Assembly (NCBI RefSeq): GCF_988243305.1
Contig: NZ_OZ547136.1
Length of the DNA: 64,000 bases
Strand: one strand, 5' to 3'
The translations under genes were made by a program, and so were the position numbers. Below the pieces are notes generated by a model that ran no database searches, was not told the origin of the DNA, and was given only the letters and a program-made list of their open reading frames with translations. Numbering within the stretch: position 1 is the first letter of the stretch; every line of letters begins with the position of its first letter. This document shows positions 42,448 through 57,614 of the stretch, in pieces.

Positions 42448-43395
42448 TTAGAGTTTCTCGATATCAATTGCCTGAATAGCCCTTGCAATATCAGGGGAAT
42501 TATTCAACACCCGAACATGCTGAAATAATTCCGTTGCTTCATCGTATTCTTTACGCAAATAACTCAACCACTGTTTAATCCGCGCAACGTGATATAACCC
42601 GGTATCGCCCTGCTTTTCCAGACGGGTATATTTTTGCAGCAAAGCAACTACCTCCGGCCACGGCATTCGCGGTTCGTTATATTTTACCACCCGGCTCAGG
42701 TTGGGAATATTGAGCGCCCCGCGACCAATCATCACTGCGTCGCAGCCGCTGATCGCCATGCATTGTTGCGCGCTCTGCCAGTCCCAGATTTCACCGTTGG
42801 CAATCACCGGAATATTCAGCCGCTGGCGAATCTCGCCAATCGCCTGCCAGTCAATATGCTCCGCGCGGTAACCCTGCTCTTTTGTCCGCCCATGCACCAC
42901 CAGCTCCGTAGCGCCAGCCTGTTGAACCGCATCGGCGATTTCAAATTTCTTCTCACCGCTGTCCCAGCCCAGACGCACTTTTACGCTGACGGGCAAATGC
43001 GCTGGTACAGCTTCACGCATCGCTTTTGCACCCTGGTAGATGAGTTCAGGATCTTTGAGTAACGTCGCGCCGCCGCCGCTACCGTTAACCGTTTTCGACG
43101 GGCAGCCGCAATTGAGATCCACGCCCCAGGAACCTAACTCCACCGCACGGGCGGCGTTCTCTGCCAGCCATTGTGGGAACTGACCTAACAACTGCACGCG
43201 CACCAGCGTACCAGATGGTGTCCGGCTGGCGTTTTGTAGCTCAGGGCAAATGCGATGAAAGACTTTTACCGGCAGCAGTTGATCCACCACGCGGACAAAC
43301 TCGGTGATGCACAGATCGTAGTCGTTAACTTCGGTCAGCAATTCACGCACCAGAGAGTCAAGCACTCCCTCCATCGGTGCCAGTAACACACGCAT
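42448..43395 (-). CDS. dusC: tRNA-dihydrouridine(16) synthase (315 aa)
   Basis: Dus-family ORF ([13 protein letters not shown]..., TIM-barrel flavoenzyme). Confidence 0.9.
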   Translation of the reverse strand: MRVLLAPMEGVLDSLVRELLTEVNDYDLCITEFVRVVDQLLPVKVFHRICPELQNASRTPSGTLVRVQLLGQFPQWLAENAARAVELGSWGVDLNCGCPSKTVNGSGGGATLLKDPELIYQGAKAMREAVPAHLPVSVKVRLGWDSGEKKFEIADAVQQAGATELVVHGRTKEQGYRAEHIDWQAIGEIRQRLNIPVIANGEIWDWQSAQQCMAISGCDAVMIGRGALNIPNLSRVVKYNEPRMPWPEVVALLQKYTRLEKQGDTGLYHVARIKQWLSYLRKEYDEATELFQHVRVLNNSPDIARAIQAIDIEKL

Positions 43396-43597
43396 ATCAT
43401 CACCCGCAAAAAAATGAGGCGCTATGTTAGCGCCTATGGTCAGCGGATTAAAGGTCTGCAAAGAGGGATTGCTGCAAACTGCAATCCCTCTCTATGCTTG
43501 ATGTATGCCTGAGTTCGCTGCTCATTGCGTAATACCGGGGAGCGAAAAAATAAGCGCTGATTTCTTAATGTGATCGGTAGCACGTTTTACGAATTAA

Positions 43598-44724
<1,127 letters not shown>

Positions 44725-44728
44725 AATT

Positions 44729-44794
44729 TGCGATGCGTCGCGCATTTTTGATGTAAGTTTCACGCGTTGCATAATTAATGAGATTCAGATCACA
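44729..44794 (+). promoter_or_regulatory. Tandem CRP-like sites in the cdd promoter (centres about 50 bp apart)
   Basis: TGCGA-N6-GCGCA at 44729-44744 and TGAGA-N6-TCACA at 44779-44794; consistent with the known CRP/CytR-regulated architecture of cdd. Confidence 0.5.
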
Positions 44795-44853
44795 TATAAA
44801 GCCATAACGGGTTCGTAAACTGTTATCCCATTACATGATTATGAGGCAACGCC

Positions 44854-46849
<1,996 letters not shown>

Positions 46850-47042
46850 TATTTTCTCTTTTCTGTTAATTATTGAGAATAATTATTACTTCACTCAATA
46901 AGCTGCGGATATAACATTCTGAACCGCAGCTATTTGTGAATCCTTTCACAGTATAAATTTCCCCACGCGCATAGCCTTAATATCAGCACGCAATATTTAT
47001 TTAGCGTTCGCCTTAATTACTCATAGCATTAAGGAAGATCAC

Positions 47043-48281
47043 ATGCCGCAACAAAATTATCTGGATGAACTCACTCCGGCTTTTACACCGTTACTGGCGA
47101 TTAAAGAAGCCTCTCGCTGTTTATTATGCCATGACGCCCCCTGTAGTCAGGCTTGCCCGGCACAGACCGATCCGGGGAAATTTATTCGCTCAATCTACTT
47201 TCGTAATTTTAAAGGCGCTGCCGAAACAATTCGTGAAAATAATGCCCTCGGTGCCGTTTGTGCCAGAGTGTGCCCGACGGAGAAATTATGCCAAAGCGGT
47301 TGTACCCGTGCCGGTGTTGATACTCCCATTGATATCGGTCGCTTACAGCGTTTTGTTACTGATTTTGAACAACAAACTGGGATGGAAATTTATCAGCCCG
47401 GTACTAAAACGCTCGGCAAAGTCGCCATTATTGGCGCAGGTCCTGCCGGATTGCAGGCCAGTGTGACGCTGACAAACCAGGGTTATGACGTCACGATCTA
47501 TGAGAAAGAAGCACAACCCGGTGGCTGGTTGCGTAACGGCATTCCGCAATTCCGGTTACCGCAATCAGTACTGGATGCAGAAATCGCCCGTATTGAAAAA
47601 ATGGGCGTGACCATTAAGTGCAATAACGAAATCGGTAAAACACTCACCCTGGAGCAGCTGAAAGCGGAAAACCGCGCGGTACTGGTCACCGTGGGGTTAT
47701 CAAGCGGTTCGGGGCTACCACTGTTTGAGCATAGCGACGTTGAGATTGCCGTCGACTTCTTGCAACGTGCACGACAGGCGCAAGGCGATATCAGCATTCC
47801 ACAAAGCGCATTAATTATCGGCGGCGGTGATGTCGCGATGGACGTAGCCAGCACGCTGAAAGTTCTCGGCTGTCAGGCAGTAACTTGCGTAGCGCGTGAA
47901 GAGTTAGATGAGTTTCCGGCAAGCGAAAAAGAGTTTGCCAGCGCCCGGGAGCTGGGCGTTTCGATCATTGATGGATTCACGCCAGTAGCCGTGGAAGGCA
48001 ATAAAGTCACGTTTAAGCATGTACGGTTACCGGGCGAACTGACGATGGCGGCAGATAAAATTATTCTCGCCGTCGGTCAGCATGCCAGACTGGATGCCTT
48101 TGCGGAGTTAGAGCCGCAGCGTAACACCATCAATACACAAAATTACCAGACCCGCGATCCGCAAGTCTTTGCTGCTGGCGATATTGTTGAGGGGGACAAA
48201 ACCGTGGTCTATGCCGTGAAAACCGGGAAAGAAGCCGCCGAGGCGATTCATCACTATTTAGAGGGAGCTTGCTCATGTTAA
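47043..48281 (+). CDS. preT: NAD-dependent dihydropyrimidine dehydrogenase subunit PreT (412 aa)
   Basis: Fe-S cysteine clusters and GAGPAG nucleotide-binding motif; AGGAAG RBS. Confidence 0.9.
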   Translation: MPQQNYLDELTPAFTPLLAIKEASRCLLCHDAPCSQACPAQTDPGKFIRSIYFRNFKGAAETIRENNALGAVCARVCPTEKLCQSGCTRAGVDTPIDIGRLQRFVTDFEQQTGMEIYQPGTKTLGKVAIIGAGPAGLQASVTLTNQGYDVTIYEKEAQPGGWLRNGIPQFRLPQSVLDAEIARIEKMGVTIKCNNEIGKTLTLEQLKAENRAVLVTVGLSSGSGLPLFEHSDVEIAVDFLQRARQAQGDISIPQSALIIGGGDVAMDVASTLKVLGCQAVTCVAREELDEFPASEKEFASARELGVSIIDGFTPVAVEGNKVTFKHVRLPGELTMAADKIILAVGQHARLDAFAELEPQRNTINTQNYQTRDPQVFAAGDIVEGDKTVVYAVKTGKEAAEAIHHYLEGACSC

Positions 48282-49510
48282 CGAAAGATCTTTCGATTAC
48301 TTTTTGCGGCGTGAAGTTTCCCAACCCGTTCTGCCTCTCTTCTTCGCCGGTAGGCAACTGCTATGAGATGTGTGCCAAAGCCTACGACACAGGCTGGGGT
48401 GGCGTGGTGTTTAAAACGATCGGTTTTTTTATCGCCAACGAAGTCTCGCCGCGTTTTGATCATCTGGTGAAAGAAGATACCGGTTTTATCGGCTTCAAAA
48501 ATATGGAGCAGATTGCTGAACATCCGTTGGAAGAGAATCTGGCCGCCCTGCGTCGGCTGAAGGAAGATTACCCGGACAAAGTATTGATAGCTTCAATCAT
48601 GGGGGAAAATGAGCAGCAGTGGGAAGAGCTGGCGCGCCTGGTGCAAGAAGCTGGCGCGGATATGATCGAGTGTAACTTCTCCTGTCCGCAAATGACTTCT
48701 CATGCGATGGGTAGCGATGTCGGGCAAAGCCCGGAGCTGGTAGAAAAATATTGTCGGGCAGTGAAACGGGGTTCCACGCTGCCGATGCTGGCGAAGATGA
48801 CGCCGAATATCGGTGATATGTGCGAAGTGGCGCTGGCGGCGAAGCGCGGCGGCGCAGATGGCATTGCGGCGATTAACACCGTTAAATCCATCACCAATAT
48901 CGATCTTAATCAGAAAATCGGTATGCCGATCGTTAACGGTAAATCGAGTATTTCCGGATATTCCGGTAAAGCGGTAAAACCGATCGCCCTGCGCTTTATT
49001 CAGCAAATGCGCACCCATCCAGAGCTGCGCGATTTCCCGATCAGCGGTATCGGCGGTATCGAAACCTGGGAAGATGCGGCAGAGTTTTTATTGCTCGGTG
49101 CAGCGACGTTGCAGGTGACCACCGGCATTATGCAGTACGGCTATCGCATCGTAGAAGATATGGCGAGCGGGTTGTCGCATTATCTCGCCGATCAGGGATT
49201 TGATTCGTTGCAGGATATGGTAGGTCTGGCGAATAACAATATTGTCCCGGCGGAAGATTTAGACCGCAGTTATATTGTCTATCCCCATATCAATCTCGAT
49301 AAATGTGTTGGCTGTGGACGCTGTTATATTTCCTGTTACGACGGCGGTCACCAGGCGATGGAATGGAGCGAGAAAACACGCACGCCGCATTGTAATACCG
49401 AGAAATGTGTTGGTTGCCTGCTTTGTGGTCACGTCTGCCCGGTGGGTTGTATTGATCTCGGAGAAGTGAAGTTTAAGAAGGGAGAGAAAGAACACCCGGT
49501 AACGTTGTAA
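48275..49510 (+). CDS. preA: NAD-dependent dihydropyrimidine dehydrogenase subunit PreA (411 aa)
   Basis: Dihydroorotate-dehydrogenase-like TIM barrel plus C-terminal 4Fe-4S ferredoxin motifs (CVGCGRC..., [12 protein letters not shown]); overlaps preT by 7 bp. Confidence 0.9.
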   Translation: MLTKDLSITFCGVKFPNPFCLSSSPVGNCYEMCAKAYDTGWGGVVFKTIGFFIANEVSPRFDHLVKEDTGFIGFKNMEQIAEHPLEENLAALRRLKEDYPDKVLIASIMGENEQQWEELARLVQEAGADMIECNFSCPQMTSHAMGSDVGQSPELVEKYCRAVKRGSTLPMLAKMTPNIGDMCEVALAAKRGGADGIAAINTVKSITNIDLNQKIGMPIVNGKSSISGYSGKAVKPIALRFIQQMRTHPELRDFPISGIGGIETWEDAAEFLLLGAATLQVTTGIMQYGYRIVEDMASGLSHYLADQGFDSLQDMVGLANNNIVPAEDLDRSYIVYPHINLDKCVGCGRCYISCYDGGHQAMEWSEKTRTPHCNTEKCVGCLLCGHVCPVGCIDLGEVKFKKGEKEHPVTL

Positions 49511-49519
49511 AACCAGAGA

Positions 49520-49568
49520 CGCATCCGGCATTTGGCACCGATTGCCGGATGCGGCGCATCCGGCAATA
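49520..49568. repeat. REP/BIME element between convergent preA and mglC
   Basis: GCATCCGGCA...TTGCCGGATGCGGCGCATCCGGCAA, including a perfect palindrome at 49542-49566. Confidence 0.75.
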
Positions 49569-49580
49569 CCCACATTCACA

Positions 49581-50591
49581 TCATTTCTTACGCGCGTATT
49601 TCAGTGAATCCAGCGCCACGGCGAAGATAATAATCGCCCCTTTGATGATGTACTGCCAGTATGGGTTTACGCCGATATACGTCAGGCCATAGTTGATGAC
49701 GGTAAAAATAATCACCCCGGTCACCACGCCAATCACCGTCCCTACACCACCGCTGAACGATACACCGCCTACCACACACGCCGCGATAGCATCCAGCTCA
49801 TACATAAAGCCGAGGTTGTTGGTGGCAGAGCCGATACGTCCGGCTTCTAACATCCCGCCGAAGGCATAGAACACACCAGACAACGCGTAGATCATCAGCA
49901 GGTTCAGGCCGACGTTGACACCAGATACTTTCGCCGCTTCCGGGTTACCGCCAATGGCAAAAATGTTCTTGCCGAAGCGGGTTTTGTTCCACAACACCCA
50001 GACGAACGCCACCGCAATCAACGCGTAGAAGGTGATGTAAGAGAGACGGAAACTCCCCAGCGCGACAAAGCCCTGAGCAAAGGTAGAGAAGCCACTGTCA
50101 AAACCAGAAATTGGCGACGCCCCGACAAAGTCGTAATAGAGCGAGTTGATGCCATAGACGATGATCATCGTGCCGAGCGTGGTAATGAACGGCGTCACGT
50201 TGAGATAAGCGATAATCAGGCCGTTGATCAAACCGATCACCGCACCAATGGCACAGACAATCAGAATAACCAGCGCAATCGGCATCGTCGCCATTTCCGG
50301 GAACACTTTGTTGGCGTTATCCATGGACTGCAATAACGTCGCCGCTACTACTGCCGCCAGCCCCACCTGGCGACCTGCAGAAAGGTCGGTCCCCTGGGTG
50401 ACAATTAACCCTGCCACACCGAGCGCGATAATAATACGCACCGATGACTGGGTGAGAATATTACTTAAGTTCAACAGACTTAAAAATGTTGGGTCCTGGA
50501 AAATAATAATCGCCAGCAAAACTAAAAGAACGACGTAAATACCGCCCTCTTTCAGGTAAGTAAGAAAACTTTTCTTATTTAACGCACTCAT
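49581..50591 (-). CDS. mglC: Galactose/methyl-galactoside ABC transporter permease (336 aa)
   Basis: Polytopic membrane ORF downstream of mglA. Confidence 0.9.
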   Translation of the reverse strand: MSALNKKSFLTYLKEGGIYVVLLVLLAIIIFQDPTFLSLLNLSNILTQSSVRIIIALGVAGLIVTQGTDLSAGRQVGLAAVVAATLLQSMDNANKVFPEMATMPIALVILIVCAIGAVIGLINGLIIAYLNVTPFITTLGTMIIVYGINSLYYDFVGASPISGFDSGFSTFAQGFVALGSFRLSYITFYALIAVAFVWVLWNKTRFGKNIFAIGGNPEAAKVSGVNVGLNLLMIYALSGVFYAFGGMLEAGRIGSATNNLGFMYELDAIAACVVGGVSFSGGVGTVIGVVTGVIIFTVINYGLTYIGVNPYWQYIIKGAIIIFAVALDSLKYARKK

Positions 50592-50606
50592 GGGAAGCCC
50601 CTAATC

Positions 50607-52127
50607 TTAAAGGTGCAAAGACGCAAGACGCAGAATTTCGTTTTGCGTTGTTGTTTTTGTATCGACAATTCCGGAAACGAGACCATTGCTCATGACCAGA
50701 ATACGGTCTGTTATCCCTAACAACTCAGGCATTTCAGAGGAGATAATAATAATCCCTTTGCCTTTCTTCGCCAGTTCGGCAATTAACTGATAGATCTCAA
50801 ACTTCGCTCCGACATCAATACCGCGCGTCGGTTCATCGAGCATTAATATTTCTGGTTGCGTTAGTAGCCAGCGACCAATAATCACCTTTTGCTGATTACC
50901 GCCGGAGAGCGAACCAATTTGCGTCCGATGCCCCGGTGTTTTTACCCGCATCGAATCAATCACCCACTGGGTATCGCTTTTCATCCGCGAGTTATCCAGT
51001 AAACCAACTTTATTTTTGTAGTTGCGAATATTGGAAATTAACGAGTTAAAACCGATATCCAGATAGGCATAAATTCCCGTTGAGCGGCGCTCCTCAGTTA
51101 CCAGAGCAAATCCGTGGTTTATGGCTTCGTTGGCATTATGGTTATTGATCTTTTTGCCGTGCAGCGTAATGGTGCCAGCCGATTTCTCGCGAATACCAAA
51201 TAACGTCTCAACAATATCGGTACGTTTCGCCCCCACCAGACCGGCAATACCGAGGATCTCCCCTTTATGCAGGTCAAACGAGACATCGCGAATCGACGGC
51301 TGGCGCAGTGACGTCAGGTTACGCACTTCGAGGATCACTTCGCCCGGCTTGTTTTCTTTATCCGGGAAACGCTGGTTAAGAGAACGACCAACCATCATGG
51401 CGATGATCTTGTCCATCGTCAGCCCTGCCAGCGGTTCGGTAGCGATCCACTGACCGTCGCGCAATACGGTAACTTCATCACATAACTGGAAGATTTCTTC
51501 CATTTTATGCGAGATATAAACAATACCGCAGCCGCGCTCTTTTAATTTACGGATAATAGTGAACAGATGATTGACCTCTTTTTCGGTTAACGAAGAAGTC
51601 GGTTCATCCATAATCACAATTTTCGCGTTATAGGAAAACGCTTTGGCGATTTCGATCATCTGCATTTGCGAAACGGATAATGTGCCGACGCGCGCACGCG
51701 GATCGATATCAATATCCAGTTCATCAAAAATCGCTTTGGTTTCGCGGTACATTTTGTCCTGATCGACAAACATGCCTTTGGTGGGATATCGCCCCAGCCA
51801 CATGTTATCCATCACCGAACGTTGTAATACCAGGTTTAACTCCTGGTGTACCATCGAAATACCATTTTCCAGGGCTTCTTTTGCAGAATGGAAATCGATC
51901 TCTTTACCCTGGAATAAAATGGTGCCGGAGTCTTTTTGATAAATACCAAACAGGCATTTTAATAATGTTGATTTTCCTGCGCCGTTTTCCCCCATTAATG
52001 CATGGATAGAATGTGGCCGGACTTTTAAATTAACGTTATCAAGTGCCTTAACACCAGGAAAAGACTTGTTGATACCGCTCATTTCCAACAAGTATTCCCC
52101 GGAAGACGGAGTCGTTGAGCTGACCAT
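50607..52127 (-). CDS. mglA: Galactose ABC transporter ATP-binding protein, duplicated ABC domains (506 aa)
   Basis: Two Walker A motifs (GENGAGKST and a second ABC domain) in one ORF. Confidence 0.9.
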   Translation of the reverse strand: MVSSTTPSSGEYLLEMSGINKSFPGVKALDNVNLKVRPHSIHALMGENGAGKSTLLKCLFGIYQKDSGTILFQGKEIDFHSAKEALENGISMVHQELNLVLQRSVMDNMWLGRYPTKGMFVDQDKMYRETKAIFDELDIDIDPRARVGTLSVSQMQMIEIAKAFSYNAKIVIMDEPTSSLTEKEVNHLFTIIRKLKERGCGIVYISHKMEEIFQLCDEVTVLRDGQWIATEPLAGLTMDKIIAMMVGRSLNQRFPDKENKPGEVILEVRNLTSLRQPSIRDVSFDLHKGEILGIAGLVGAKRTDIVETLFGIREKSAGTITLHGKKINNHNANEAINHGFALVTEERRSTGIYAYLDIGFNSLISNIRNYKNKVGLLDNSRMKSDTQWVIDSMRVKTPGHRTQIGSLSGGNQQKVIIGRWLLTQPEILMLDEPTRGIDVGAKFEIYQLIAELAKKGKGIIIISSEMPELLGITDRILVMSNGLVSGIVDTKTTTQNEILRLASLHL

Positions 52128-52187
52128 ATAATTTTACCTTGTTGGCCATACAATAAGGGCGCAGTAAACGACTGCGCCCAATCAGTC

Positions 52188-53186
52188 TTATTTCTTGCTG
52201 AATTCAGCCAGGTTGTCTTTATCTACGCCAACATAAGGTACGCGGACCACTTTGTTGTCGATTTTCCAGTTGGTGCCATCAGCCGCACCTTTGCCATCGG
52301 CCAGGTTTTTCGCCAAATCAAAGGTCGCTTTCGCCTGGTTGTTAGCATCGTTCAGTACGGTGCCCGCCAGTGCACCGGATTTCACCAGCGCCAGCGCTTC
52401 TGGCAGCGCATCGACGCCAAACACCGGAATGCTGGACTTGTTGTGTGCTTTCAGTGCTTCTACCGCGCCCATTGCCATCGCATCGTTGTTGGCGATAACC
52501 ACTTCGATTTTGTTGGCGTTCGGGCCAGACAGCCAGGCGTCCATCTTATCTTTCGCCTGAGCGGTATCCCACATAGCGGTATCTAACTGTAACTGTTCAG
52601 TTTTGATGCCTTTGTCGTTTAATTCTTTAATCACGTAAGTGGTACGTGCTTCTGCATCCGGATGGCCCGGCTCACCTTTCAGCAGTACGAACTGAATCTG
52701 ACCGTCTTTGTTCAGATCCCAACCCTGATTCGCCGCCCAGTGTTTAGCAATCAAATCGCCCTGAATAATGCCGGACTCTTTGGAGTCAGTGCCAACGTAG
52801 TAGGCTTTGTCGTAGCTATCCAGCGCCTTACGAGACGGTTCTTTGTTGAAGAAAACCACCGGCACATTTTGCCCACGCGCTTTCTCAATCACCGTACCCG
52901 CAGCTGCCGGGTCAACCAGGTTGATTGCCAGTGCCTTCACCCCTTTCGCCAGCAATACGTCGATCTGATCGTTCTGCTTGGACTGGTCATTCTGAGAATC
53001 ATTCATCAGCAGCTGAACATCTGGCGCGGCTTTCGCATCTTGCTCAATAGCCTTGCGCACTACAGACATAAAGTTATCGTCGTACTTATAGATTGTTACA
53101 CCAATGCGAGTATCAGCAGCGTGTGCAGCGGCACCGAATAACATGCTGGCCATCACAGCAGACAGGGTTAACACCTTCTTATTCAT
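52188..53186 (-). CDS. mglB: Periplasmic D-galactose/D-glucose-binding protein (332 aa)
   Basis: Signal peptide plus periplasmic-binding-protein ORF. Confidence 0.9.
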   Translation of the reverse strand: MNKKVLTLSAVMASMLFGAAAHAADTRIGVTIYKYDDNFMSVVRKAIEQDAKAAPDVQLLMNDSQNDQSKQNDQIDVLLAKGVKALAINLVDPAAAGTVIEKARGQNVPVVFFNKEPSRKALDSYDKAYYVGTDSKESGIIQGDLIAKHWAANQGWDLNKDGQIQFVLLKGEPGHPDAEARTTYVIKELNDKGIKTEQLQLDTAMWDTAQAKDKMDAWLSGPNANKIEVVIANNDAMAMGAVEALKAHNKSSIPVFGVDALPEALALVKSGALAGTVLNDANNQAKATFDLAKNLADGKGAADGTNWKIDNKVVRVPYVGVDKDNLAEFSKK

Positions 53187-53437
53187 GGTATCTCCGGTTT
53201 TTCTTATGCAGGGTAGTGCTTGAGATAAATGCTCGGCGGGGCAGTAGAGTTAATGAAGTGTTACTGAACGCCGAAGCTCACTTTTTAAAATTCGTTCTTC
53301 CATGCCCGGTAACGCTCCAGAAAACGGCTTTAATTGTTGTTATGACGCTATTACCTCGGTGAAAGTGATTATTCACTGTTACATACGGGTTACAACGTTA
53401 AAACGGTGCAATCATAGCTATCACATTGTTAAGATAC

Positions 53438-53471
53438 TGTGAAATCACTCACAGATTGAAAGCGGTTACAT
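53438..53471 (-). promoter_or_regulatory. mglB promoter elements: CRP site adjacent to a GalR/GalS-type operator
   Basis: TGTGA-AATCAC-TCACA at 53438-53453; minus-strand ATGTAACCGCTTTCAA (53456-53471) fits the gal operator pattern and overlaps the galS stop codon; candidate -10 TATGAT (complement of 53411-53416). Confidence 0.5.
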
Positions 53472-54506
53472 CGCCTGATTTGTTGAGTTAGTGATCGCCG
53501 CCGCATTCTGGCGCGTTGCGACAGAATGGCGACGCACTAACGTCGGCATAAAACAGTGGCTAGCACGAGGATCAATATTGCCTGCTGCCCCCTGCAAGGC
53601 CAGTTCGGTGGCTAATTTAGCCATTGAAGCAATGGGATAGCGCACAGTCGTTAATTGCGGGTCGGTGTAACGGGCGATGGGAATATCATCGAAACCGATG
53701 ATTGAGAGATGTAACGGAATCGCAATGCCATTATCTTTTAATGCTGTCAGTGCGCCAGCGGCCATATTGTCGTTATAAGCAAATACAGCGGTAAGTTGTA
53801 GATTGCGCCCCAGCAGTTCAACCATCGCCGCCTCACCGCCCGGCATGTCCGGCGTGCCAGTGCCAATCCAGCTTTCCGGCGGAATAATATCCTGCTCTTT
53901 CAACGCACTCATCCAGCCTGCTTTACGCATGGCGTCATCTTCAATGCCGTGACTGGAAGAAAGATAACCAATACGTTGATGACCGTTATTCAGCAACATG
54001 CGCGTCGCCATTCGGGCACCGCTGAGATTATCCAGGCAAACGCAACGATGGGCGTACCCCGGCACAACGCGGTTGATTAACACCATACCGGGAATGTTAT
54101 CCATAAATTGTGCCAGTTCATCGTCACTCAATGCTTTTGAGTGAACAATCAATGCATTACAACGCTGGCGAATTAACACCTCAATGGCGTGACGCTCTTT
54201 TTCCGCTTCATGATAGCTATTGCCGATTAGCACGTATTTCTGATGCTGCTGGGCGACCAGATCCACCGCTTTTACCAGCGCGCCGAAAAACGCATCAGAA
54301 ACGTCCATCACCACCACGCCAATGGTGTCGCTAACCTGAGTTGCCAGCGCCTGGGCATTGGCATTTGGTCGATAATCCAGCTCACTAACGGCTTTCATTA
54401 CTGCTTCACGCGTGTCGGCACTGACCAGCGTGCTGTTATTGAGCACTCGAGAAACCGTTGCCACAGAGACGCCAGCCTGACGCGCTACATCACGAATGGT
54501 GATCAT
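53466..54506 (-). CDS. galS: LacI/GalR-family repressor GalS (346 aa)
   Basis: N-terminal HTH ([24 protein letters not shown]). Confidence 0.9.
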   Translation of the reverse strand: MITIRDVARQAGVSVATVSRVLNNSTLVSADTREAVMKAVSELDYRPNANAQALATQVSDTIGVVVMDVSDAFFGALVKAVDLVAQQHQKYVLIGNSYHEAEKERHAIEVLIRQRCNALIVHSKALSDDELAQFMDNIPGMVLINRVVPGYAHRCVCLDNLSGARMATRMLLNNGHQRIGYLSSSHGIEDDAMRKAGWMSALKEQDIIPPESWIGTGTPDMPGGEAAMVELLGRNLQLTAVFAYNDNMAAGALTALKDNGIAIPLHLSIIGFDDIPIARYTDPQLTTVRYPIASMAKLATELALQGAAGNIDPRASHCFMPTLVRRHSVATRQNAAAITNSTNQAM

Positions 54507-54600
54507 ATTCACTACCTGTTATGAGATTGCAGTAAATGACTGCTTGCTGGCGGCTATTTTGTCAGCACTGAATACAGGACTTCGTGAATCGAGTCACAGC

Positions 54601-54616
54601 AATGGAAACGGTTACA
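54601..54616 (-). promoter_or_regulatory. Candidate GalR/GalS operator in the galS promoter
   Basis: Minus-strand TGTAACCGTTTCCA matches GTGTAANCGNTTNCAC-type operator; located about 100 bp upstream of galS ATG. Confidence 0.4.
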
Positions 54617-54647
54617 GCCGTTTTGTTAACGAATGTGATCCAGATCG

Positions 54648-55805
54648 TTATCTTGATGTTTTAGATATTGCCGGTCCGGCAGCACGCAAAGTTAACTGAC
54701 GCCAGAGCCATTCCACCGGCCCCTGGCGGAAGTAACGCAGCCAGATAACAGAGAAGAGGATATTCGCCAGCCATACCGGAATAACAAACGCCAGCAGCTC
54801 CAGACGGTCAAACAGCATAAACAAACCGAGGTGGTAAAAAAGCGTGGTACAAATCAGCGTTTGCAATAGATAGTTGGTTAGTGCCATCCGTCCGACGCAG
54901 GCGATTGCCAGTACCAGCTTAAAGCGGCTTAATTGCGGCCAGAAGCCATAAAACAGCGACGCATAGCCAATCGCCTGAAACGGCGCACTCAGTTCCCGCG
55001 GCATCTGAAGTAAGAAGGCGCACCAGCGATACGCCCAGTCCAGCCGCCATTGCAGGGCGATAGCAGGAAGGTTAATGATCACCCCAATCGCCACCAGCAC
55101 AAAACCAGTACGACGATAGTGACGTAAGCTGAACTGCCCTTTCAGCCAGCCGCTGCGCATCAGCGCCGCACCAATGAGCATCATCCCTGCCAGTTGCCAG
55201 CCATACTGTGCGCCCAGTGCCAGTAAACTGTTTCCAACACCATCGGCACGATTACTGATCGCTTCAACGCCGCCGTGAAGCTTCCAGTATTTTTCATACA
55301 AAATAGCCGATGCATCCGGCGTCCAGGCGCGGCTGGTCTGGCTGTCGGAAATCAGCCCCAATAACATCAAAACGCCAAGCCCCACCAGATAAAGCATGAC
55401 GCCTGTATTAAACAGGCTTTTTACCGATGGCGCATCGCGCACCAGCCGCCAGCAGATTAAGCCCACCAGCCCGTAAGCCAGCAGAATATCGCCGTCCCAG
55501 AACAATAAACCGTGAATAAAGCCCAGCAAGACTAACAGCGTTAACCGCGACTGGATCCAGCGTCTGCCACGGGGCAGCAACATTTGCAGGCCAGCACCAA
55601 ACAGCAGCGCAAAAAGCGTGAGGAATTTCACCTGGCCGATGAGATCGAGAAATGCCCAGGTCCATGCATCCTGCGGCGTAATAGCGCCGTACCAGGCGGG
55701 ATTAAGATAAGCCGCCTTTGGTAGCCCAAAGGCGCTGATGTTTAATAGCAGGATCCCCAGAATGGCGACGCCGCGAACAAAATCGAGCGTGACGTTGCGC
55801 TCCAT
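54648..55805 (-). CDS. yeiB: Inner membrane protein YeiB, DUF418 family (385 aa)
   Basis: Polytopic membrane ORF 16 bp downstream of folE. Confidence 0.8.
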   Translation of the reverse strand: MERNVTLDFVRGVAILGILLLNISAFGLPKAAYLNPAWYGAITPQDAWTWAFLDLIGQVKFLTLFALLFGAGLQMLLPRGRRWIQSRLTLLVLLGFIHGLLFWDGDILLAYGLVGLICWRLVRDAPSVKSLFNTGVMLYLVGLGVLMLLGLISDSQTSRAWTPDASAILYEKYWKLHGGVEAISNRADGVGNSLLALGAQYGWQLAGMMLIGAALMRSGWLKGQFSLRHYRRTGFVLVAIGVIINLPAIALQWRLDWAYRWCAFLLQMPRELSAPFQAIGYASLFYGFWPQLSRFKLVLAIACVGRMALTNYLLQTLICTTLFYHLGLFMLFDRLELLAFVIPVWLANILFSVIWLRYFRQGPVEWLWRQLTLRAAGPAISKTSR

Positions 55806-55821
55806 GGTTCCTGCCTTTTAA

Positions 55822-56490
55822 TCAGTTGTGATGACGCACAGCGCGCAGAAATTCGTGGCGCGTATTCTGACTGGATTTGAACAATCCACCAAGAGAGGTC
55901 GTTGTTGTGGCACTGGTTGCGTCGCGGATGCCACGCGCTTTCACGCAGTAATGCACCGCGTCGATAGAGACAGCCACGTTATTGGTGCCCAGCAGCGTTT
56001 GTAGCGCAATGAGAATTTGCTGGGTCAGACGTTCCTGCACCTGCGGACGCTGGGCAAAGAACTGCACGATGCGGTTAATTTTTGACAGACCGATCACCGA
56101 ATCTTTCGGGATATAAGCCACCGTCGCTTTGCCATCTATGGTAACAAAATGGTGTTCACAGGTGCTGGTCAGGGTGATATCGCGCACGGTGACCATTTCA
56201 TCGACCTTCATTTTGTTTTCAATGAGGGTGATTTTCGGGAAATTGGCGTAATCCAGACCGGAGAAAATTTCATCGACATACATTTTAGCGATGCGATGCG
56301 GCGTTTCCATCAAACTGTCATCAGCCAGGTCGAGATTCAGCAGCTGCATGATTTCGGTCATATGACCAGCAATAAGGCTTTTGCGCGTTTCGTTATCCAT
56401 TTCATGCACGGGCGGGCGCAGCGGTGTTTCCAGTCCTCGCGCAACTAACGCTTCATGAACCAGGGCCGCTTCTTTACTGAGTGATGGCAT
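55822..56490 (-). CDS. folE: GTP cyclohydrolase I (222 aa)
   Basis: 222-aa ORF matching FolE (…STCEHHFV… motif). Confidence 0.9.
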
Positions 56491-56714
56491 TTATGATTTC
56501 TCCTGCAGGTGTGACGCCTCCGCCCTGCGTGGGGGCAAAGTTATTAAGCTGATTTACAGCCTGATTATTGTGCGTGAGGCGGCGCACATAATCCAGTATT
56601 CACAGCGATAATTATTGTAATTGCCGCTGCCTTTCATCAGCAGATGTTAAAACATCGTTATGCAAATACGGAAGTGAAAGTTACTCACAGCACATTGAAT
56701 AAACGGTATGATGA

Positions 56715-57584
<870 letters not shown>

Positions 57585-57589
57585 AGTCT

Positions 57590-57605
57590 GCCCGGTTCGC
57601 CGGGC
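57590..57605. terminator. Hairpin between convergent yeiG and cirA
   Basis: GCCCGG-TTCG-CCGGGC stem-loop in the 30-bp convergent spacer. Confidence 0.45.
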
Positions 57606-57614
57606 ATCTTCCTG

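Noticed and set aside
44725-44760. Possible intrinsic terminator after yohK (ATGCG-TCG-CGCAT followed by TTTTT)
   Set aside because: The same sequence forms a TGCGA-N6-GCGCA CRP-type site correctly phased about 50 bp from the proximal CRP site of cdd, so it is more likely promoter architecture; a dual role cannot be excluded.
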